A stretch of DNA of 64,000 bases from Pseudothermotoga sp. Its GTDB lineage: Bacteria > Thermotogota > Thermotogae > Thermotogales > DSM-5069. The stretch's first letter is position 1; every line of letters starts with the position of its first letter. Below, piece after piece: positions 47,600-57,997 of the stretch. The notes beneath the pieces are model-generated. The model had not been told where the DNA came from. It did not search any database and was given only the letters and a program-made list of their open reading frames with translations. Location: assembly GCA_031962025.1 (NCBI GenBank), contig JAVRKW010000003.1; one strand, written 5' to 3'. The position numbers and the translations under genes are program-made.

Positions 47600-48654
47600 C
47601 CCACTTTTCGCCTCATTTCCTCAGGATTTCTCGCATATTCATAGATCTGTGTCTTGTCGATATAGCCGCTGGTATATGCTTTGAACAGGGCATCATCGAA
47701 CAGTACCATGCCCTGTTTTGCACTTGTTTGCATGATGGATTCTATCTGGTGCAGTTTGTTTTCTCTTATCAGGTTTTTGATGGCAGCTGTTCCAATGAGT
47801 ATCTCCAGGATCGGTACCATACCTTTTTGGTCACAGCGTGGCAGTAATCTCTGGTAAATTATTGCAACAAGAGTATTGGCAAGTTGCAGGGCTATTTGTT
47901 TTTGCTGGTGTGCCGGAAAAACATCTATAATTCTTTCCGGTGCACTCGCGGCACTGTTGGTGTGTATAGTACTGAAAACCAGATGTCCTGTTTCAGCGGC
48001 AGTTAATGCCAGTGACATGGTTTCAAGATCTCTCATTTCACCAACGAGTATCACATCTGGATCCTGTCTCAATGCATATTTAAGACCGTCGTAGAAACTT
48101 TTGGTATCCTGCCCGAGTTCTCTCTGATGTATCACGGACTTTTTGTTCGTGAAAATGTATTCTATTGGATCTTCGATTGTGATGATGTGATATGGATTGT
48201 TTTCATTTATATAATCTATCATTGCGGCAAGAGTGGTTGATTTTCCACTTCCAGTGGGTCCTGCAACCAGTATTAAGCCTGAATCTTTCTGTGTGAAATC
48301 TTTGAGTATCTGTGGAAGACCGAGTTCATCAAAGGTTCTGATTTTTCGAGTTATGAGCCTTAATGCAAGAGCTGGTTTTTTTCTTTCGTAGTACAGATTG
48401 CCGCGCACTCTCACCTGATCTGAGACACTAAAAGCAAAATCGATTTCTTTCTTGTTTGGATCGACAACTAACCCTATGTGGTTGAACAGTATATCTATGG
48501 CACCCATCAGATCATTCTCTCTGATTGGTGGTAGATCTTTTTGTACAACCAGCAAGCCATTGATTCTGTATATGGGTGGCTCATCTGTGCAAAGATGAAT
48601 ATCAGAAGCTTTCTTGTTAAAAGCATCCATCACAAGCTGGGATAACTCTATCAT
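47596..48654 (-). CDS. pilT: Type IV pilus retraction ATPase PilT
   Basis: [45 protein letters not shown]. Confidence 0.92.
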   Translation of the reverse strand: MIELSQLVMDAFNKKASDIHLCTDEPPIYRINGLLVVQKDLPPIRENDLMGAIDILFNHIGLVVDPNKKEIDFAFSVSDQVRVRGNLYYERKKPALALRLITRKIRTFDELGLPQILKDFTQKDSGLILVAGPTGSGKSTTLAAMIDYINENNPYHIITIEDPIEYIFTNKKSVIHQRELGQDTKSFYDGLKYALRQDPDVILVGEMRDLETMSLALTAAETGHLVFSTIHTNSAASAPERIIDVFPAHQQKQIALQLANTLVAIIYQRLLPRCDQKGMVPILEILIGTAAIKNLIRENKLHQIESIMQTSAKQGMVLFDDALFKAYTSGYIDKTQIYEYARNPEEMRRKVG

Positions 48655-48655
48655 T

Positions 48656-51391
48656 TTATCTTCCTTCCTGCTCTCTTAAAACCCTTGCACACCTTGGACA
48701 GGTATTTGGAAATTGTTGATCGCTCCCTGTCAACGGGTGATATTTCCAGCATCTGTCACATTTTTCGCCGTCCGCTTTCTGAACTATTATTTCATCGATA
48801 TCAGATTTTTGGATTTCAACCTGTGAAACGATGAAAAATTCTTCCAGATATTCAGTGTATTTGTTCAATAAATCCAAAGTCTTCTGTGAATTTGATCTTA
48901 TTATCAACTTTGCGTCCAGAGAGTGACCGATCAAACCGGACTGCCTGACTTCCTCGAGAGATTTCAAAGCCTGATCTCGAATTTGCATCAATTCGTCAAA
49001 GTCAGCCATTATTTGCCTGTCTATCCATTCTTCGTGGTATTCTGGCCAGTGTTCCACCTGAACAGATTCGTACTTGGTTTTCTGGGATTTGAAGTACTCA
49101 TAAGCTTCTTCACAGGTGAATGCGAGTATGGGAGAAAGCATCACGAGTAAGGATTTGAGTATATGATAAAGAACAGTCTGGGCAGATCTGCGTTGCAGAG
49201 AGTTTTTCCCTTCGACGTACAGTCTGTCTTTTACGATGTCAAGATAAACTGCACTCAATTCAACAGAACAGTATTTCACAAGGATGTTGTACACCCTTGA
49301 AAACTCGTAACTTTCATACGCCTCTGTGACTGATTTGATGATTTGCTGTAACCTTCCCAGAGCCCATTTATCGATAGGCATGAGTTTTTCAAATGTTATT
49401 GCATCATCCTCTGAAAAGTCATAGAGGTTTCCAAGAAGATATCTGAATGTGTTTCTTACTTTTTTATAGACCTCAACCTGCTGCGATATTATGTTCTGTG
49501 AGATCCTTATGTCATTGAAGTAATCACTGCTTGCAAGCCAGAGTCTTAACACGTCTGCTCCGTATTTTGAACAAACTTCAAGTGGATCAACGACATTTCC
49601 CAAAGACTTGCTCATCTTTTTTCCTTCTTCATCTTTTATGAATCCGTGAGTCAGAACTATTTTATATGGTGCCATGTCGTGCTTTACAACTGATAATACT
49701 ATCGATGAATTGAACCAGCCTCTGTGCTGATCACTACCCTCAAGGTACATATCCGCTGGAAAAGTTAGATCAGGTCTTGCTGTCAAGACCGCTTCAAATG
49801 AAGCACCTGAATCAATCCAAACATCGAGCGTATCGTACATCTTGCTGAAATTCTTAGATCCGCATTTTTTGCAGGTATACCCTTTGGGTAAAAGTTCATC
49901 TTCGGACATCTCAAACCACGCGTTTGTACCCTTTTCTTTGACTATTTGAGCAAAATGGCGAATAATCAATGGATCGAGTATTACTTGCTGACAGTCGTTG
50001 CATCTGAAAGCCGGTATCGGTGTACCCCATATTCGCTGCCTTGAAATGCACCAGTCTGGTCTTTCCTGAATCATCGCACTGATTCTATTTTTCCCCCAGG
50101 AAGGGATCCATGTGACATCATCTATATTTTTGAGAACTCTGTTTCTCAAATCTTTCTTTTCAATTGATACAAACCACTGCTCTGTGGCTCTGAAGATAAC
50201 CGGTTTCTTACACCTCCAGCAGTGCGGGTAAGAATGTGATATCTTCTCTTCTTTCAAGAGCGCTCCCATTTGCTTTAAATCTTCGATGATCAGTCTGTTT
50301 GCTTTGTCTATGTGCATTCCAGCGTATTTTCCAGCCTGCTCGGTAAAAATGCCTTCTTCATTCACCGGAGAGATGATTTCAAGGTTATTTAAAAGGTAAC
50401 CATATTCGTAATCTTCTTCACCATGACCGGGTGCAATATGGACACAACCCGAACCTGTTTCCATATCGACAAAATCCGCGGCTATGATGCGTGACTCTCT
50501 TTGATAAAGTGGATGAATTGCTATCTCACCTTCGAGCGATTTTCCACTGAATGTTTCTAATATTTCGTATTCATCAATTCCGATCTGGTGCATGGTGCTG
50601 GCGAGTAATTTTTCCGCGACAATCCATATTTCACCTTTTACACGAACCCTGACATATCTATGATCGGGATGCACTGCTATACCCGTGTTGCCGGGCAGAG
50701 TCCATGGTGTCGTTGTCCATATTATTATGTATTCGTCACGATTCTTCATTTTGAATTTGACATATATGGATGTGGACAGATGATCATGGTATTCTATCTC
50801 AGCCTGTGCGAGTGCGGTTCGGCAGTTGTGGCACCACAGTACGGGCTTCTTGGCTCTGTAAACATATCCATCTTCCACCAGTTTTTCAAAGACTTCGTAG
50901 ATTTTATATTCATATTCTGGTTTGAGAGTGGCGTAGAAATTTTCCCAATCACCTACCACCCCAAGCCTTTGAAACTGCCTTTTCTGTATCTCTATTTGCT
51001 GTTTTGCAAAATCCTCACAGGCTTTTCTTATCTGCATCTGGCTCATGGATTTTATTTTTTCACCGAGTGCTGTGGTGACTTTGTGCTCTATCGGCAATCC
51101 GTGTGTATCCCAGCCTGGAACGTACGGAGATCTATAGCCTCTCAGGACCTTGTACCTCACAACGATATCTTTCAAAATCTTATTCATTGCGGTACCTATA
51201 TGTATGTCACCATTGGCGTATGGTGGACCATCGTGAAGAACAAAGGTTGGGCAGTTGATTCTCTGGTTTTGTACATAATTGTAGATATCGATTTTTTTCC
51301 ATTTTTCAAGAATACGTGGTTCTTTTTCGACCAGATTTGCACGCATTGCAAAATCGGTGCTTGGAAGATTCAGAGTCTGTCTGTATTCCAA
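48656..51391 (-). CDS. ileS: Isoleucine-tRNA ligase (type 1)
   Basis: [32 protein letters not shown]-terminal CDRC...CPRC. Confidence 0.97.
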   Translation of the reverse strand: MEYRQTLNLPSTDFAMRANLVEKEPRILEKWKKIDIYNYVQNQRINCPTFVLHDGPPYANGDIHIGTAMNKILKDIVVRYKVLRGYRSPYVPGWDTHGLPIEHKVTTALGEKIKSMSQMQIRKACEDFAKQQIEIQKRQFQRLGVVGDWENFYATLKPEYEYKIYEVFEKLVEDGYVYRAKKPVLWCHNCRTALAQAEIEYHDHLSTSIYVKFKMKNRDEYIIIWTTTPWTLPGNTGIAVHPDHRYVRVRVKGEIWIVAEKLLASTMHQIGIDEYEILETFSGKSLEGEIAIHPLYQRESRIIAADFVDMETGSGCVHIAPGHGEEDYEYGYLLNNLEIISPVNEEGIFTEQAGKYAGMHIDKANRLIIEDLKQMGALLKEEKISHSYPHCWRCKKPVIFRATEQWFVSIEKKDLRNRVLKNIDDVTWIPSWGKNRISAMIQERPDWCISRQRIWGTPIPAFRCNDCQQVILDPLIIRHFAQIVKEKGTNAWFEMSEDELLPKGYTCKKCGSKNFSKMYDTLDVWIDSGASFEAVLTARPDLTFPADMYLEGSDQHRGWFNSSIVLSVVKHDMAPYKIVLTHGFIKDEEGKKMSKSLGNVVDPLEVCSKYGADVLRLWLASSDYFNDIRISQNIISQQVEVYKKVRNTFRYLLGNLYDFSEDDAITFEKLMPIDKWALGRLQQIIKSVTEAYESYEFSRVYNILVKYCSVELSAVYLDIVKDRLYVEGKNSLQRRSAQTVLYHILKSLLVMLSPILAFTCEEAYEYFKSQKTKYESVQVEHWPEYHEEWIDRQIMADFDELMQIRDQALKSLEEVRQSGLIGHSLDAKLIIRSNSQKTLDLLNKYTEYLEEFFIVSQVEIQKSDIDEIIVQKADGEKCDRCWKYHPLTGSDQQFPNTCPRCARVLREQEGR

Positions 51392-51403
51392 AATGGCACC
51401 TCC

Positions 51404-51763
51404 TCACATTTGCAGTAACTTTTTTATTGTGTCCTTCAATTCCGTCAAATCGGCGGATTTAACGATGTAAGCATCGGCAGCCCATGAAGCAAGATCGTAT
51501 TTGTAGTGAGAATATGCCGTCAAAAGGATTATTCTCAAGCCCGGGTATTTCTGTCTCAGAACACCCGCAAGTTCAATACCGTTCATACCCGGCATCTCAA
51601 CATCGATTGTCGCAAGATCAAAGGCTGTGCGTTCGAATTTTTCAAGAGCCTCATTTGCATTCGCGGCAGTTTCAACCTCGTAACCTAAATCTTTCAATTC
51701 CTCACTTATGAGCAATCTCAGGTTCTGCTCATCATCTATGACCAGAATCCTAGCTTTTTTCAT
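51404..51763 (-). CDS. Stand-alone receiver (response regulator)
   Basis: ILVIDDE, D-VEMPGMNG, LLTAY, YIVKS. Confidence 0.9.
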   Translation of the reverse strand: MKKARILVIDDEQNLRLLISEELKDLGYEVETAANANEALEKFERTAFDLATIDVEMPGMNGIELAGVLRQKYPGLRIILLTAYSHYKYDLASWAADAYIVKSADLTELKDTIKKLLQM

Positions 51764-51897
51764 CTCAATCGAGCACAATCAAACCCATCTCTACAAGATG
51801 GGAAAAATGCGCTCTTCCCTCCTTTCAAATATTTTTGAAATTACATACACCATACGGTGTAAGCCTTTTTGTCCCTACCCCTGTGGTTAGTTGACCC

Positions 51898-54537
51898 TTA
51901 ACCTTTGCTTTTAACAGGTAATTCAAAACTGAATTGAGTTCCATCGGGTTTTGGTTCAGCCCAGATTCTTCCTCCATGTTCGTCTTCTATTATTTTCTTG
52001 CATATCGGAAGACCAAGCCCGGTACCGTATGTTTTTGTCGTGTAAAATGGAATGAAAATGAATCTCAATGCATCTTCGCTTATGGGTTCACCACTGTTAA
52101 AGACCGATACGGTTACCTTTTCGTTATCGTGCTGCGTTCTGATAATAATCTTACCATTTTGTGGTGTCGCTTCTATGGCATTTTGGACAAGATTTATCAG
52201 AACGCGCTTTATTCTGTTTCTGTCAGCTTCTACTTGTGGTATGGGAGACGGTAAAAATTCTATCTTGATTCCCGTTTTGCTGGCTTTGTCCTGCATTAAG
52301 AAAATCACTTCTTCGATCAATTCGTTCAATTGAACATCTGCAAGATCGAGTTTTTTTATATTCCTGCTGAACTCAAGAATTTCTGAGACTATGTTCTGCA
52401 GGTTTTCAACCTCATTTGAAAGTATGGTCAGATATTTTTCTCGAGCTTCAGGATCTGAAATGTTTTTCTTCAACCTGTTTAGAAATCCTCCTATGACAGT
52501 AATTGGGTTACGCAGTTCATGCGCAACTCTGGCTGACATTTCACCAAGCACTGCCAGCTTTTCTTTGTCTTTTCTTTCCTGTTCGAGTTTGAACTGCTGT
52601 GTGACATCCTCGAGCGTTACTATCACACCGTTCATAGTTGAACCGTTTAAATCCCACAAAGGTGAGTATTTGGTGTCAAAAAACCTCTCACCCTGAGGTG
52701 TTTCTATTCTGTATCTGGATAGAGTTATCGTCTCTCCCTTCTCAAATACCTTCATTGCTACCTCAAAAATATTTTCGAACGACTCTCCAAAATCAAGGTA
52801 TGAACTTCCCAGAACCCTTTCTTTTGGCAAACCCAGTAGTTGCTCCACTCTTCTATTGCATTCTATCACCTTTCCAGATCTGTCAAGCACGATAACGGCT
52901 GTTGTGAGATTCTGCAGGATACTGTCACTGAACTTACGTAGATAATCTATCATGTTCTTCTGCTGTTCGAGGCTTTCGGTTTTCTTTCTCAGTTCTTCGT
53001 AGTTCATGGCGTTTTCTATGGCAAGCCCCGCACTATCTGTTATGATTCTCAAAACTTCGATATCTATATCTGTGATCGCTGCTTTTGTGAACTTGTTATC
53101 CAGAACGAGCACACCGATCGTATCCCATCTTCCAACAAGTGGTACAACAACGAATTCTTCAACCTGCAGTAGATTTAAAAGATCTTTTATCGATTCTTCC
53201 ATACTCTTTGCCAGGGCTGGGGTGATATGGATCAATCTTCTTCTCAAAACTACCCTTTCAAAAACTGGATGGTCTTTGTAAGTGAATACTCTGCCTTCGA
53301 TTCTGGCTGTCAAACCTTTATTCGTATCCAGCATCAAAGCTTCCTCTCTTAAGAATTGCGAAAAATCACCATAGCTCATTGCCCTTCTTTCGGCTTCTTT
53401 CCAGATCTCGGTGATATCATCGCTGCTCTCAGGTCCCAGCCACATCTTTCCAATGAGTGTTTCTGTTTTTCTGTCTCTTATGAGCAACAGGGCTCTGTTG
53501 AAACCAAGACCTCTACCCGATGTCAGTCCAAGCAATAGTGTTTTGTAGACATTGTTTGGATCGTAACTTAACCTCATTGCATTGCTTATACTGTGAACAA
53601 GATCCATTTTCTTCAAATACAACTGCTGCTGATTTATGAGTTCTTGATAACTTTTTGTGTAGTTTCTCAGTCTTTCTACTTCTTTTTTCAATCCTTCTTG
53701 GTATTCAATTCTGGTATAGCCAAGAGAAATACGCCTTGAGATTTCATGGAAGATAGATAAGTCAAATTCATCAAAACTGTACTGTGTTCTGTATCCTTCT
53801 GGCGAGATTTTATTTATGACAAAAATCACTCCGATTATCCGATCCTGTATCTTCAATGGCATTGCCATATAGGATTTAACAGTTACACTGACAAAATCTA
53901 TCTGGGCTTTCACATCGAGTACACCGCTGTCTGACCTTTCCACTTTGCTGAAAAACGGATGGTTGTGGATCCTTTCAAAAAGTAGCTGGTCTTTGGTTAT
54001 TCCAAACGAGGAAGAAAAAACGTACTCTTCGCCGGTTTTTTCAAAAAATATCACGATATCGGCATTTAAAACCCCTGCAATTGCCTTGACCATCTCGGCT
54101 TTAAACTGTTCTTTGTCTGTAGAATTGTAAAAAACATTCGTCAGCTCACTCATTCTGTGGTATTTTTCAGCGGTATCCTGAAGTTCGATGAATCTGTTTG
54201 CCCAGTACAGTGAAAGGCTGAGTTCGTCGATGATTGTTTGTAGATCGAGGTTATGTGGTTCTTCCAGGATGAGTGCTCCAAGAAGCTGACTGTTGTAAAT
54301 CAAATTCACAACGTGCGAATAATTTTGCAGGGATTTTGAGCTGATCTTCAAAGAACCTACCTTTTCCCTATCGCCACTTGTACCGACAACTCTGAATTGA
54401 TCTTTGTGCTTTTCATAGAGCAGAACATCACAGCGTTTTGCGTTTGCCTTTGAGCAGATCAGCTGTGCTATGTCATTCATGGTGTTTGATTTATAACCTT
54501 TAAAGAAAAACTCAGTTACCATTTCGAAAATCTTCAA
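51898..54537 (-). CDS. Cytoplasmic GAF/PAS sensor histidine kinase
   Basis: GAF and PAS segments, AHELRNP, NLVQNA, PFYTTK, GTGLGL; TTG start after GGAGG overlapping the upstream stop. Confidence 0.9.
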   Translation of the reverse strand: MKIFEMVTEFFFKGYKSNTMNDIAQLICSKANAKRCDVLLYEKHKDQFRVVGTSGDREKVGSLKISSKSLQNYSHVVNLIYNSQLLGALILEEPHNLDLQTIIDELSLSLYWANRFIELQDTAEKYHRMSELTNVFYNSTDKEQFKAEMVKAIAGVLNADIVIFFEKTGEEYVFSSSFGITKDQLLFERIHNHPFFSKVERSDSGVLDVKAQIDFVSVTVKSYMAMPLKIQDRIIGVIFVINKISPEGYRTQYSFDEFDLSIFHEISRRISLGYTRIEYQEGLKKEVERLRNYTKSYQELINQQQLYLKKMDLVHSISNAMRLSYDPNNVYKTLLLGLTSGRGLGFNRALLLIRDRKTETLIGKMWLGPESSDDITEIWKEAERRAMSYGDFSQFLREEALMLDTNKGLTARIEGRVFTYKDHPVFERVVLRRRLIHITPALAKSMEESIKDLLNLLQVEEFVVVPLVGRWDTIGVLVLDNKFTKAAITDIDIEVLRIITDSAGLAIENAMNYEELRKKTESLEQQKNMIDYLRKFSDSILQNLTTAVIVLDRSGKVIECNRRVEQLLGLPKERVLGSSYLDFGESFENIFEVAMKVFEKGETITLSRYRIETPQGERFFDTKYSPLWDLNGSTMNGVIVTLEDVTQQFKLEQERKDKEKLAVLGEMSARVAHELRNPITVIGGFLNRLKKNISDPEAREKYLTILSNEVENLQNIVSEILEFSRNIKKLDLADVQLNELIEEVIFLMQDKASKTGIKIEFLPSPIPQVEADRNRIKRVLINLVQNAIEATPQNGKIIIRTQHDNEKVTVSVFNSGEPISEDALRFIFIPFYTTKTYGTGLGLPICKKIIEDEHGGRIWAEPKPDGTQFSFELPVKSKG

Positions 54538-54995
54538 ATTCTTAACCTCCTGAACTCTTCTGTGATGTGCTGAATATGTGATCCTGCCCAGTACACCCTG
54601 TTGCAGATCGGACAGATATAAAAATCGCTTTGCGTGTTTTGAACGTACAGCGGAACTCTGTCTCTGACTTCTTCTATGGATATCGATAAAAGTTGTGCGT
54701 TGCACAGACTGCATCTTGTCATTCTCTGAGCACTTTTCAGATCAAAGTGCGATGAAAGTTCAATAAGCTGGTCTCTCCATTTATCTGAATGAACCAAATA
54801 GCTGTTCAACCCATTTTTCAGTGCGCGAAGATGTAAGGTCCTGTCTTTTGTTATCAAAACTCTGTTACTCTGCTCGCACAACTGCAAGATCTTTTCTTCA
54901 TCAATCTGTGAAAAATACATTGTGTCGAAACCGAGCAGTCTCAATTTCTTTGCAAGTTTACCGAGCATTCTATCAACCAGAAACATTTTCTCCAT
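54534..54995 (-). CDS. Mut7-C (PIN-like) RNase domain protein with Zn ribbon
   Basis: FLVDRMLGKLAKKLRLLGFDT, LITKD, RCSLCN, CPICNRVYWAGSH. Confidence 0.9.
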   Translation of the reverse strand: MEKMFLVDRMLGKLAKKLRLLGFDTMYFSQIDEEKILQLCEQSNRVLITKDRTLHLRALKNGLNSYLVHSDKWRDQLIELSSHFDLKSAQRMTRCSLCNAQLLSISIEEVRDRVPLYVQNTQSDFYICPICNRVYWAGSHIQHITEEFRRLRI

Positions 54996-55170
54996 CTCCC
55001 AGTTTCTTAATGATAATTATACCCAAAATCTTTCCGTGTGAGACTTGCCTGTTATTATGTCGCTGAATCTCTCTATGGTTAGTTGTACAATCATTTTAAT
55101 TGGCTCATTAATAGTGTTTTTTTGATCAATTGATTTTGAATCAGTTCATATTGTATAATCAACATTTGGG

Positions 55171-55464
55171 TTGATAATCGTGTACAGTTCGATCAACATT
55201 CCTTTTATAAAACCGGCTCTGTCGATAGTCGCGATCGTGACCTTTGTCAATGTGTGGAATGACTTTTTCTTCCCACTCATATTGATAAATGACAGATCAA
55301 AAGCCACCATAACGCTTGCTGTATCTATATTCTTTGGTGAGTACTCAACACAGTGGCAACTGTTGTTTTCTGGATTGACACTTTCTATCGCGCCGACTGT
55401 CATTCTGTTTCTCATATTTTCTCAATATTTCATAGCTGGAATGACTCAAGGCGCAATAAAATAA
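55171..55464 (+). pseudogene. C-terminal fragment of a carbohydrate ABC permease (MalG-like)
   Basis: KPAL...FVNVWNDFFFPLI...GMTQGAIK; EAA loop and N-terminal two thirds are absent; no RBS. Confidence 0.8.
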
Positions 55465-55477
55465 CGAGGTGAATGGT

Positions 55478-56635
55478 ATGAAAACAGGATTAGACGTGTT
55501 TTTAGAAGAGTACATTTCTCAATTCAAAGGGGCAAACATAGGGCTTGTCACAAATTCAACAGGTATCAATTGTGAACTGAGAAGGAATATAGATCTTTTT
55601 CTCTATAACGGCTTGAAGGTTGTGAAACTCTTTGGTCCCGAACATGGTGTTTTTGGAGCCGCACCGGATGGTGTGAAAGTTACAGATTTTATTGAACCAA
55701 GGTACAGAATACCGGTGTATTCGCTGTACTCTGAAAATCTCAGACCGACCGAGCAAATGCTTGAAGGCATCGATGTGATGATTTACGATATTCAGGATGT
55801 GGGTTTGAGATTTTACACGTACATTTACACAATGGCTTATTGTATGGAAGAATGTGCAAAACGTGGTATCAAGTTCATTGTGCTGGACAGACCAGACCCC
55901 ATCTGCCCTGAGATAGTCGAAGGTCCGATAATCAAAAAAGGTTTTGAAAGCTTTGTTGGTGGGTATGGTCTTGCCCTGAGATATGGTTTAACTGCTGGTG
56001 AACTTGCAACTTATTTGAACAACGAATACAGAATGAAAGTCGATTTGACTGTTGTACCCATGAAAGACTACAAAAGATCTTTCTTTTACGACGACACAGA
56101 TCTTTTATGGAATACTCCTTCACCGAATCTTCCTTCGCTGGAACACACGATTCTCTATTCTGGTTTTTGCTTGCTCGAAGGTGTGAATCTGTCGGTGGGA
56201 AGGGGTACTGTTCATCCGTTCAAATACATAGGTGCACCCTGGATAGATTCTGAGAAATTATATACACAGATGAGAAAATTCGATCATGAAGGTGTCGTAT
56301 TCAGAGAGAGAGTTTTCGTGCCGGCGGCTTTCAAACTGCACAACCAAACGTGCAACGGTTTGGAATTTTTCGTAACAGATAAACGCAGAATCAAGCCATT
56401 AAACCTTGCGATTGATTTGATTGCCACGTTGAAACGTATACATCCTGAGGCTTTTCGCTGGGATAGTTATTTTCACGACAATACCGAAAGATATTACTTT
56501 GATCTGTTGATAGGTAGCGATTTTTACAGGAAAGCGATCGAAGATGGTGCAACTTCTAAGGATCTGGAATCTATCTGGCAGAGCGAGGCTGAAGACTTTC
56601 TAAAGCGTTCTGTGAATTTCTTTCTGTATAAATAG
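55478..56635 (+). CDS. namZ: Exo-beta-N-acetylmuramidase NamZ (YbbC/DUF1343) family
   Basis: GLVTN, FGPEHG, DIQDVGLRFYTY, LDRP, PSPN, SVGRGT. Confidence 0.85.
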   Translation: MKTGLDVFLEEYISQFKGANIGLVTNSTGINCELRRNIDLFLYNGLKVVKLFGPEHGVFGAAPDGVKVTDFIEPRYRIPVYSLYSENLRPTEQMLEGIDVMIYDIQDVGLRFYTYIYTMAYCMEECAKRGIKFIVLDRPDPICPEIVEGPIIKKGFESFVGGYGLALRYGLTAGELATYLNNEYRMKVDLTVVPMKDYKRSFFYDDTDLLWNTPSPNLPSLEHTILYSGFCLLEGVNLSVGRGTVHPFKYIGAPWIDSEKLYTQMRKFDHEGVVFRERVFVPAAFKLHNQTCNGLEFFVTDKRRIKPLNLAIDLIATLKRIHPEAFRWDSYFHDNTERYYFDLLIGSDFYRKAIEDGATSKDLESIWQSEAEDFLKRSVNFFLYK

Positions 56636-56641
56636 TGCGTG

Positions 56642-56670
56642 TTGCAAACCATTTGTTTGTGTGATATCAT
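56642..56670 (+). promoter_or_regulatory. Sigma70 promoter of the DUF362 gene
   Basis: TTGCAA-17nt-TATCAT with extended TG. Confidence 0.6.
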
Positions 56671-56699
56671 ACCAGACAGAATAACCAGGAGGTGTAAAT

Positions 56700-57770
56700 G
56701 TGTCTGTTGTTTATTTCACAGATCTATCGACAAATGGGAGTATAAACCTGCTCAAAAAGCTCGAGATTCTTTTGGATAAAGTTGGCTTGGATAAGATCAT
56801 CAATCAGAACAATTTTGTTGCTGTTAAGCTCCATTTTGGCGAATATGGGAATCTCGCTTTTATAAGACCACAGTATATCAGAGTTGTCGTGGATCAGATA
56901 AAAAAACACGGTGGGAAACCGTTTTTGACAGACTCAAATACACTGTACAGAGGACATAGATCCAATGCTGTAGATCATCTTTTGAATGCATATCTCAATG
57001 GGTTCACCTATGAGGTTGTAGGAGCTCCCGTTGTTATCGCAGACGGTCTGAGAGGCTCAGATGAAGTGAAGATAAAGATAAACGGGACTTATGTCAAAGA
57101 AGCAAAAATCGGTTCGGCAATAGCGCTGGCAGATGTCCTTGTTGTTATGACCCATTTCAAAGGTCACGAACAAACGGGTTTTGGTGGCACGCTGAAAAAT
57201 GTTGGAATGGGTAGTGCTTCAAGAGCTGGAAAGCTTGAACAGCATTCTGAATCAAAACCATACGTTGTAGTAGAAAATTGCATTGCCTGTAGAATGTGTG
57301 AAAGAAACTGTCCTGTCGGTGCCATCACGGTGAATAAATTCGCAGTTATTGATTATGCAAAATGCATAGGCTGCGGTCAGTGTATTGCAATGTGCAACTA
57401 CGGTGCAATGTCACCAAAATGGGATAACTCCTCCGAGCTTTTGAGCAAAAAGATGGCAGAATACACCCTTGCAGTTTTGAAAGATAAAAAGGCTGTTTTC
57501 ATATCTTTTCTGACCGATATCTCACCGGATTGCGATTGCTGGCATACAAACAGACCACCTGTAGCTCCAAATATCGGCATACTTGCCAGCGCAGATCCAG
57601 TTGCACTTGATCAGGCATGCATTGATCTTGTCAAAGAAGCTCAGGGAAAAGATCCATTTCTTGAAGTTCACCCGAAAGTCACATGGGAAACTCAACTCAG
57701 TTATGCACAGGAAATAGGACTTGGTTCAAGAAAATACGAATTGATCAAAATCGCTTGCAATTTAACCTGA
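56700..57770 (+). CDS. DUF362 protein with 2x[4Fe-4S] ferredoxin insert
   Basis: VKLHFGE, HFKGH, GGTLKN, CIACRMCERNCP, CIGCGQCIAMC, CDC, DPVALD. Confidence 0.88.
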   Translation: MSVVYFTDLSTNGSINLLKKLEILLDKVGLDKIINQNNFVAVKLHFGEYGNLAFIRPQYIRVVVDQIKKHGGKPFLTDSNTLYRGHRSNAVDHLLNAYLNGFTYEVVGAPVVIADGLRGSDEVKIKINGTYVKEAKIGSAIALADVLVVMTHFKGHEQTGFGGTLKNVGMGSASRAGKLEQHSESKPYVVVENCIACRMCERNCPVGAITVNKFAVIDYAKCIGCGQCIAMCNYGAMSPKWDNSSELLSKKMAEYTLAVLKDKKAVFISFLTDISPDCDCWHTNRPPVAPNIGILASADPVALDQACIDLVKEAQGKDPFLEVHPKVTWETQLSYAQEIGLGSRKYELIKIACNLT

Positions 57771-57775
57771 AAAAG

Positions 57776-57994
57776 TCAGCTTTTTCTACTCACGGCTTTG
57801 ACAATCCATATAATTGCCAGTATTATTAGAACTACTATTAGCACTGGTATAGCAACGACAATCAAGCCTATGAAAACCAGAGCAAGTATCGCGCCAGCCA
57901 GAATCAGACCGATAAAACCACTGAACAGTGGAAAAAGCTTGAAGAAAAGATAGATCAAAAATATCACACCGAGTATTGCCAGAAAATACAGCAT
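57776..57994 (-). CDS. Small hydrophobic membrane protein
   Basis: 72 aa, almost entirely hydrophobic; GGAGG RBS; 3 nt after iadA. Confidence 0.6.
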   Translation of the reverse strand: MLYFLAILGVIFLIYLFFKLFPLFSGFIGLILAGAILALVFIGLIVVAIPVLIVVLIILAIIWIVKAVSRKS

Positions 57995-57997
57995 CTA

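Noticed and set aside
50660..51418. 252-aa plus-strand ORF
   Set aside because: Antisense shadow of ileS; other short antisense ORFs were rejected for the same reason
54538..54714. Upstream extension of the histidine kinase ORF
   Set aside because: Overlaps the Mut7-C gene in another frame; GGAGG supports TTG 54537
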